Assembly (NCBI GenBank): GCA_030611085.1
Contig: JAUWQI010000001.1
Span: forward strand, 32,390 to 96,389
Length of the DNA: 64,000 bases
Direction of reading: 5' to 3'
DNA from: Dehalococcoidia bacterium
GTDB taxonomy: Bacteria; Chloroflexota; Dehalococcoidia; GIF9; AB-539-J10
In this document: positions 60,404-64,000 of the stretch, in pieces
Numbering within the stretch: the stretch's first letter is position 1
Layout: every line of letters begins with the position of its first letter
Notes under the pieces: model-generated
Databases searched by the model: none
Told to the model about the DNA's origin: nothing
What the model saw: the letters and a program-made list of their open reading frames with translations, nothing else
Made by a program: the position numbers and the translations under genes

Positions 60404-61315
60404 CTAACCTATAAACCCTGCCAGAATATAGCCTACACCTAAGAGCAATTGAGTTAGAAGCACTGCCAAGACATTATTGCTCATAGCTGGCACTAGCTCA
60501 TTTATCTCTTCTCGATGCTTTAGCGTACCCCGAATAGCCTTTATGGCAAAGGGGAGCGTTAGCAAAGCTATTAAGGAAAAGACTGGCATTAGTCCCAACA
60601 CTACAGCGCCAACTATCCAGAGATAGGCTACCACAGTCAGAACTGAATAAGTCACACTGGCTCTTGCCTTGCCCATAACAATGGGCAAGGTTTTTCTGCC
60701 GCCTTTCTTATCGGCTTCGGTATCGGGAAATTCATTCAATAGGAGCAGATTATGCACCAGAATGCCAGAGGGTATAGACGCTATAATTGCAGGGAGAGTG
60801 TAAGTAGCGGTCTGAACGAAGTAGAATCCAAGAACGGGTAAAGCCCCCATCCCCACTCCGGGAGCCCACTCAGTCCATCCCAGCCTGGTTAAGAAGGGTG
60901 TATAAAGAAGAATACATATTGCGCCTACCAGAAGTAGAGGCAGCAGAAGCCAGCCTCTGGTAATAACAAAATAAACTCCTATTGGTATAGCCAATAGGAA
61001 GGAAATCAGCCCGAACCAGAAGACCTGCGTTGGCTTAAGCCGAGCTGGAGGGAGGATGCCACTGCCCCCGCTAAAGGGAGTTCTTTTAACCTCCATATCT
61101 ATCCCGCTTTTATAGTCAAAGTAATCATTAAGCACATTTACGCTGATGTGGCACAAAAGTAACCCAATGAAAGCCAATAAAGCGTAGCCAAGGTAAAATT
61201 CACCATCATAAGTTCTTGCTTCTTTCCAGGCTATTGAGGTACCCAGGAATGCCAGCACAACAGAAAGAAGCAAGAACTGGGGTCTGGTCTCTAAGAACCA
61301 TGTTTTTAGCTTCAT
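60404..61315 (-). CDS. UbiA-family prenyltransferase (MenA-like); ORF track extends to 61423
   Basis: multi-TM with NDxxDxxxD-like NDYFDYKSGID motif. Confidence 0.7.
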   Translation of the reverse strand: MKLKTWFLETRPQFLLLSVVLAFLGTSIAWKEARTYDGEFYLGYALLAFIGLLLCHISVNVLNDYFDYKSGIDMEVKRTPFSGGSGILPPARLKPTQVFWFGLISFLLAIPIGVYFVITRGWLLLPLLLVGAICILLYTPFLTRLGWTEWAPGVGMGALPVLGFYFVQTATYTLPAIIASIPSGILVHNLLLLNEFPDTEADKKGGRKTLPIVMGKARASVTYSVLTVVAYLWIVGAVVLGLMPVFSLIALLTLPFAIKAIRGTLKHREEINELVPAMSNNVLAVLLTQLLLGVGYILAGFIG

Positions 61316-61353
61316 CGGGTCTCTCCTTTTTCCTGTTTTTTCTGCCTTTAGGC

Positions 61354-62172
61354 TCAGTTTTCCCCACAAACGAGACAATTCATCACTTGCCCATTGTCTT
61401 CTGTGTGATCTTTGCTCCGGCAATAATTGGGTGTTGCGCTCTTGATTGCGACATAAGTTGTGGCCATTCCGAGAGTGAGGGGATAAGCTATAACATTCCC
61501 CAACCCTACCCTTTCCATAACCTGTTTCAATGCGGAGGGACTGTAAAATTCTACGATTGACTTTGGAAGATAAGCATAGGCTTCCTTATTCCTTGATATA
61601 ACCTGCCCGAGAAAGGGTAGAATATGGAAAATGTAGAAATAATAAATCCGCCTGAATATCTTGTGCTGAGGTCGGCTGAACTCAAGGCAAAGCATCTTCC
61701 CTCCTATCTTTAGCACCCTGGTCATTTCTCGAAGTGTTTGTTCCACCTCGGACACATTCCTCAAGGCAAAGCCAATGCTAACGCAGTCAAAGGTATCGTC
61801 GGGAAAAGGAAGAGCTTCCGCTTTAGCGCAAATAAGCTCCATATTGTGGCACCGCCTTTTCGCTAGCTTGCCTTGAGCTCTGCGCAGCATCTCTTTAGAA
61901 AAATCAACCCCGATAACTTTACCCTCTCTACCAATTTTGCTAGCTAATTCCAAGACCAGAGCACCGGTTCCGGTAGCTACATCGAGAACCTGCCCTCCAG
62001 CCCCAGGTTCAACTTTGGAAACGGCAAATCTCCTCCAATATTTATCCCTATTAAAGCTGAGCAAACTATTAAGGAAATCATAATTATTGGCTATGGAAGA
62101 GAATATCTTGTGAATATATGTTTCCTTGCTTGCTACCCAACTCCTGTTGTTTACTGCTTTATGAGTGAACAT
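61354..62172 (-). CDS. ubiE: demethylmenaquinone / ubiquinone C-methyltransferase UbiE/MenG
   Basis: VLDVATGTG SAM motif and UbiE-family N-terminus. Confidence 0.85.
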   Translation of the reverse strand: MFTHKAVNNRSWVASKETYIHKIFSSIANNYDFLNSLLSFNRDKYWRRFAVSKVEPGAGGQVLDVATGTGALVLELASKIGREGKVIGVDFSKEMLRRAQGKLAKRRCHNMELICAKAEALPFPDDTFDCVSIGFALRNVSEVEQTLREMTRVLKIGGKMLCLEFSRPQHKIFRRIYYFYIFHILPFLGQVISRNKEAYAYLPKSIVEFYSPSALKQVMERVGLGNVIAYPLTLGMATTYVAIKSATPNYCRSKDHTEDNGQVMNCLVCGEN

Positions 62173-62350
62173 GGCAAGTAAGCAAAATTATACCCATAAT
62201 GTATGGCTGTCAAGTTTCCTTGAGGAAAAGGTTGTTTAGCAACTCGACTGTCATTCTGAGCAAAGCGAAGAATCTCCAGACCCTTCGCTATCGCTCAGGG
62301 TGACAAAGTAAGCGACCTTATTGAAAAGCTAGAGAGCTTTAGCTTATAAT

Positions 62351-62926
62351 GTGCCAATGCGAAGTTATAGCTCCGTTAATTTAAATGCCCTTTGGTTCTT
62401 AATAGCAGCGAATGTTTTAATCTTTATAGTTACCCTGATAAGACCAGAAGCAATCTATTTTCTTGGCTTAACACCCGCGATTCTCTTACACCAACCCTGG
62501 ACTATGATAACTAACCTCTTTGTCCACGCGGGCTTTGGCCACATCATATGCAATATGATAAGCCTGTATTTTCTGGGAAGCTTCGTGCTCAGACTAATCG
62601 GGGAAGGAAGGTTTCTATTAACATATTTCCTTGGAGGAATAGTGGGGAATATACTTTTTATATTTCTTGCTCCCTCCCTTTCAACGGGTATAGGAGCTTC
62701 AGGAGCTATTTTCGCCCTTGGTGGAGCCCTGGCAATGATAGCTCCAAAGTTGCGAGTTCTTCTATTCCCTATTCCCATCCCAGTTCCACTTTGGGTAGCA
62801 ATTATAATCTTCTTTATAATTTCCTTCTTCCCGGGTGTAGCATGGCAAGCTCATCTTGGAGGTTTGGGTTTAGGTCTCCTGGCTGGCTACTTCTTTAGGA
62901 GAAAAAGGCGACCCTATTATTTTTAG
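62351..62926 (+). CDS. rhomboid-family intramembrane serine protease
   Basis: GASGAIFAL (Ser) and AHLGG (His) in TM helices; 3' end lies inside a tandemly duplicated family-2 repeat. Confidence 0.8.
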   Translation: MPMRSYSSVNLNALWFLIAANVLIFIVTLIRPEAIYFLGLTPAILLHQPWTMITNLFVHAGFGHIICNMISLYFLGSFVLRLIGEGRFLLTYFLGGIVGNILFIFLAPSLSTGIGASGAIFALGGALAMIAPKLRVLLFPIPIPVPLWVAIIIFFIISFFPGVAWQAHLGGLGLGLLAGYFFRRKRRPYYF

Positions 62927-63100
62927 ATGAGGCATGTAGAGACGTAGTTGCCCAATTTATTGGGCGATACTGCCTGATAAATCAGGCAACTACTACAAAG
63001 AACGGGGTGAAGCTTATTATTTTTAGATGGGGTGTGTAGAGGCGTAGTTGCCCAATCTACTGGGCGATACTGCCTGATAAATCAGGCAACTACTACAGAA
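62907..63100. repeat. tandem duplication (2 x ~97 bp) of a family-2 element plus the last codons of the rhomboid gene
   Basis: units 62907-63003 and 63004-63100 about 90% identical. Confidence 0.8.
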
Positions 63101-63146
63101 ATTTGGATGAGGAATCAGAATTAAACAGCCGTTAAATCTCTGCAAG

Positions 63147-63926
63147 ATGGAAGTTAAAGATATTTGTTTACAAAGCGACGGACTTGAGATTGCTGGAGAG
63201 CTTTATATTCCCTCAAAGAATAGACCTTATCCTGCTTTATGCATCTGTCATGGCATTCCTGCCGTTCCTTACAATCCTGATGACAAGGGTTATGCCTCAC
63301 TAGCGCAAAGATTTTGTGCTGCTGGCTTTCTCACCTTGATATTCAACTTCCGTGGTACAGGGAAAAGCCAGGGAAATCTAGATTTGTTAGGCTGGAGCCA
63401 AGATTTGCAAGCTGCACTCGATTTCCTCTATAGCTTTGAAGGGATAGACAAAACACACCTTTGCCTTCTTGGCTCTAGTGGCGGAGCAGCAGTCAGTGTT
63501 TACGCCGCAGCCCATGACTCCAGAGTAACGGCGCTGGCAACTTGTGCCTGCCCCGCCGATTTTGGTTTTCTGGGAAGTAAAGAACAGGCTGTCTCTAACA
63601 TACAACACTTCCGAGACATTGGAGTTATCAGAGACAGGGATTTCCCGCCTTCAGTTGAAGAGTGGCTAAAGGGGTTTGAAACCATTTCTCCAATTCGCTG
63701 GATAGAAAAAGTTTCCCCTCGTCCACTGCTCTTGGTTCATGGAGACGCTGACGAAGTCGTGCCTCTGGAGCATGCACATATGCTTTACCAAAAAGCCCAA
63801 GAGCCTAAAGAGCTGGCTATAATCCCCGGTGCCTCGCACAGGCTACGATTGGAAGAAGCAGCGATGACTACTGTGTTAGATTGGCTAAAGGCTAGAGTTT
63901 CAACACCAATGAATATACGGACTTGA
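63147..63926 (+). CDS. alpha/beta-hydrolase (dienelactone-hydrolase / prolyl-oligopeptidase-like)
   Basis: nucleophile-elbow motif GSSGG (the GxSxG, in LLGSSGGAAV) and HGDADEVVP. Confidence 0.7.
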   Translation: MEVKDICLQSDGLEIAGELYIPSKNRPYPALCICHGIPAVPYNPDDKGYASLAQRFCAAGFLTLIFNFRGTGKSQGNLDLLGWSQDLQAALDFLYSFEGIDKTHLCLLGSSGGAAVSVYAAAHDSRVTALATCACPADFGFLGSKEQAVSNIQHFRDIGVIRDRDFPPSVEEWLKGFETISPIRWIEKVSPRPLLLVHGDADEVVPLEHAHMLYQKAQEPKELAIIPGASHRLRLEEAAMTTVLDWLKARVSTPMNIRT

Positions 63927-64000
63927 CAATTTTAGCCCGGACTTTCTATAATTCAATAAATTCAAGTTTGCCTCGCATCTTTAAGATTAGCCCACAAGAT

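Overview
This is a 64-kb bacterial chromosomal segment of roughly 47-48% GC, dense with housekeeping genes on both strands. The housekeeping genes are truB, hisA, hisI, rpmE, rpmA, rplU, speH, speB, thiC, argS, recG, degV, yloV, rpmB, rpe, argH, dnaN, nadC, nadB, nadA, yajC, miaB, radC, pdxS, tmk, mnmA, rnhB, yraN, a glmM-like, glmU-like and glmS cluster, menA, menG, and a rhomboid protease. Gene content and local synteny (rpmB, yloV, degV, recG together; PdxS; a PduO-type adenosyltransferase) look Firmicutes- or Chloroflexi-like; I did not assign a taxon. No rRNA, tRNA or CRISPR was found.

The most striking feature is at least four families of short palindromic, MITE-like repeats. Family 1 has the termini GTCATTCTGAG...CTCAGAATGAC. 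It lies in about ten intergenic spacers and is also inserted in frame inside at least eight protein-coding genes, reminiscent of Rickettsia palindromic elements. Those genes are argS, recG (twice), miaB, mnmA, the integrase (twice), a DUF3160 lipoprotein and the tail of a response regulator.

The clearest candidate for a novel system is an accessory stretch at 21.3-27.7 kb. It is a minus-strand array of nine small ORFs headed by a response regulator, with five paralogs sharing a roughly 26-aa motif and one of them fused to a helix-hairpin-helix domain. It also holds a LEA_2/WHy protein, Zn-ribbon proteins and an Ala/Glu-rich protein. Next to it is a tyrosine recombinase whose 3' end is duplicated as 69-bp direct repeats that bracket a mazEF toxin-antitoxin cassette.

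Other oddities: nadB is interrupted by a +1 frameshift inside a heptanucleotide tandem repeat; truB sits between 43-bp inverted repeats; rplU appears to start with ATT; and the thiC leader has no recognisable TPP riboswitch.
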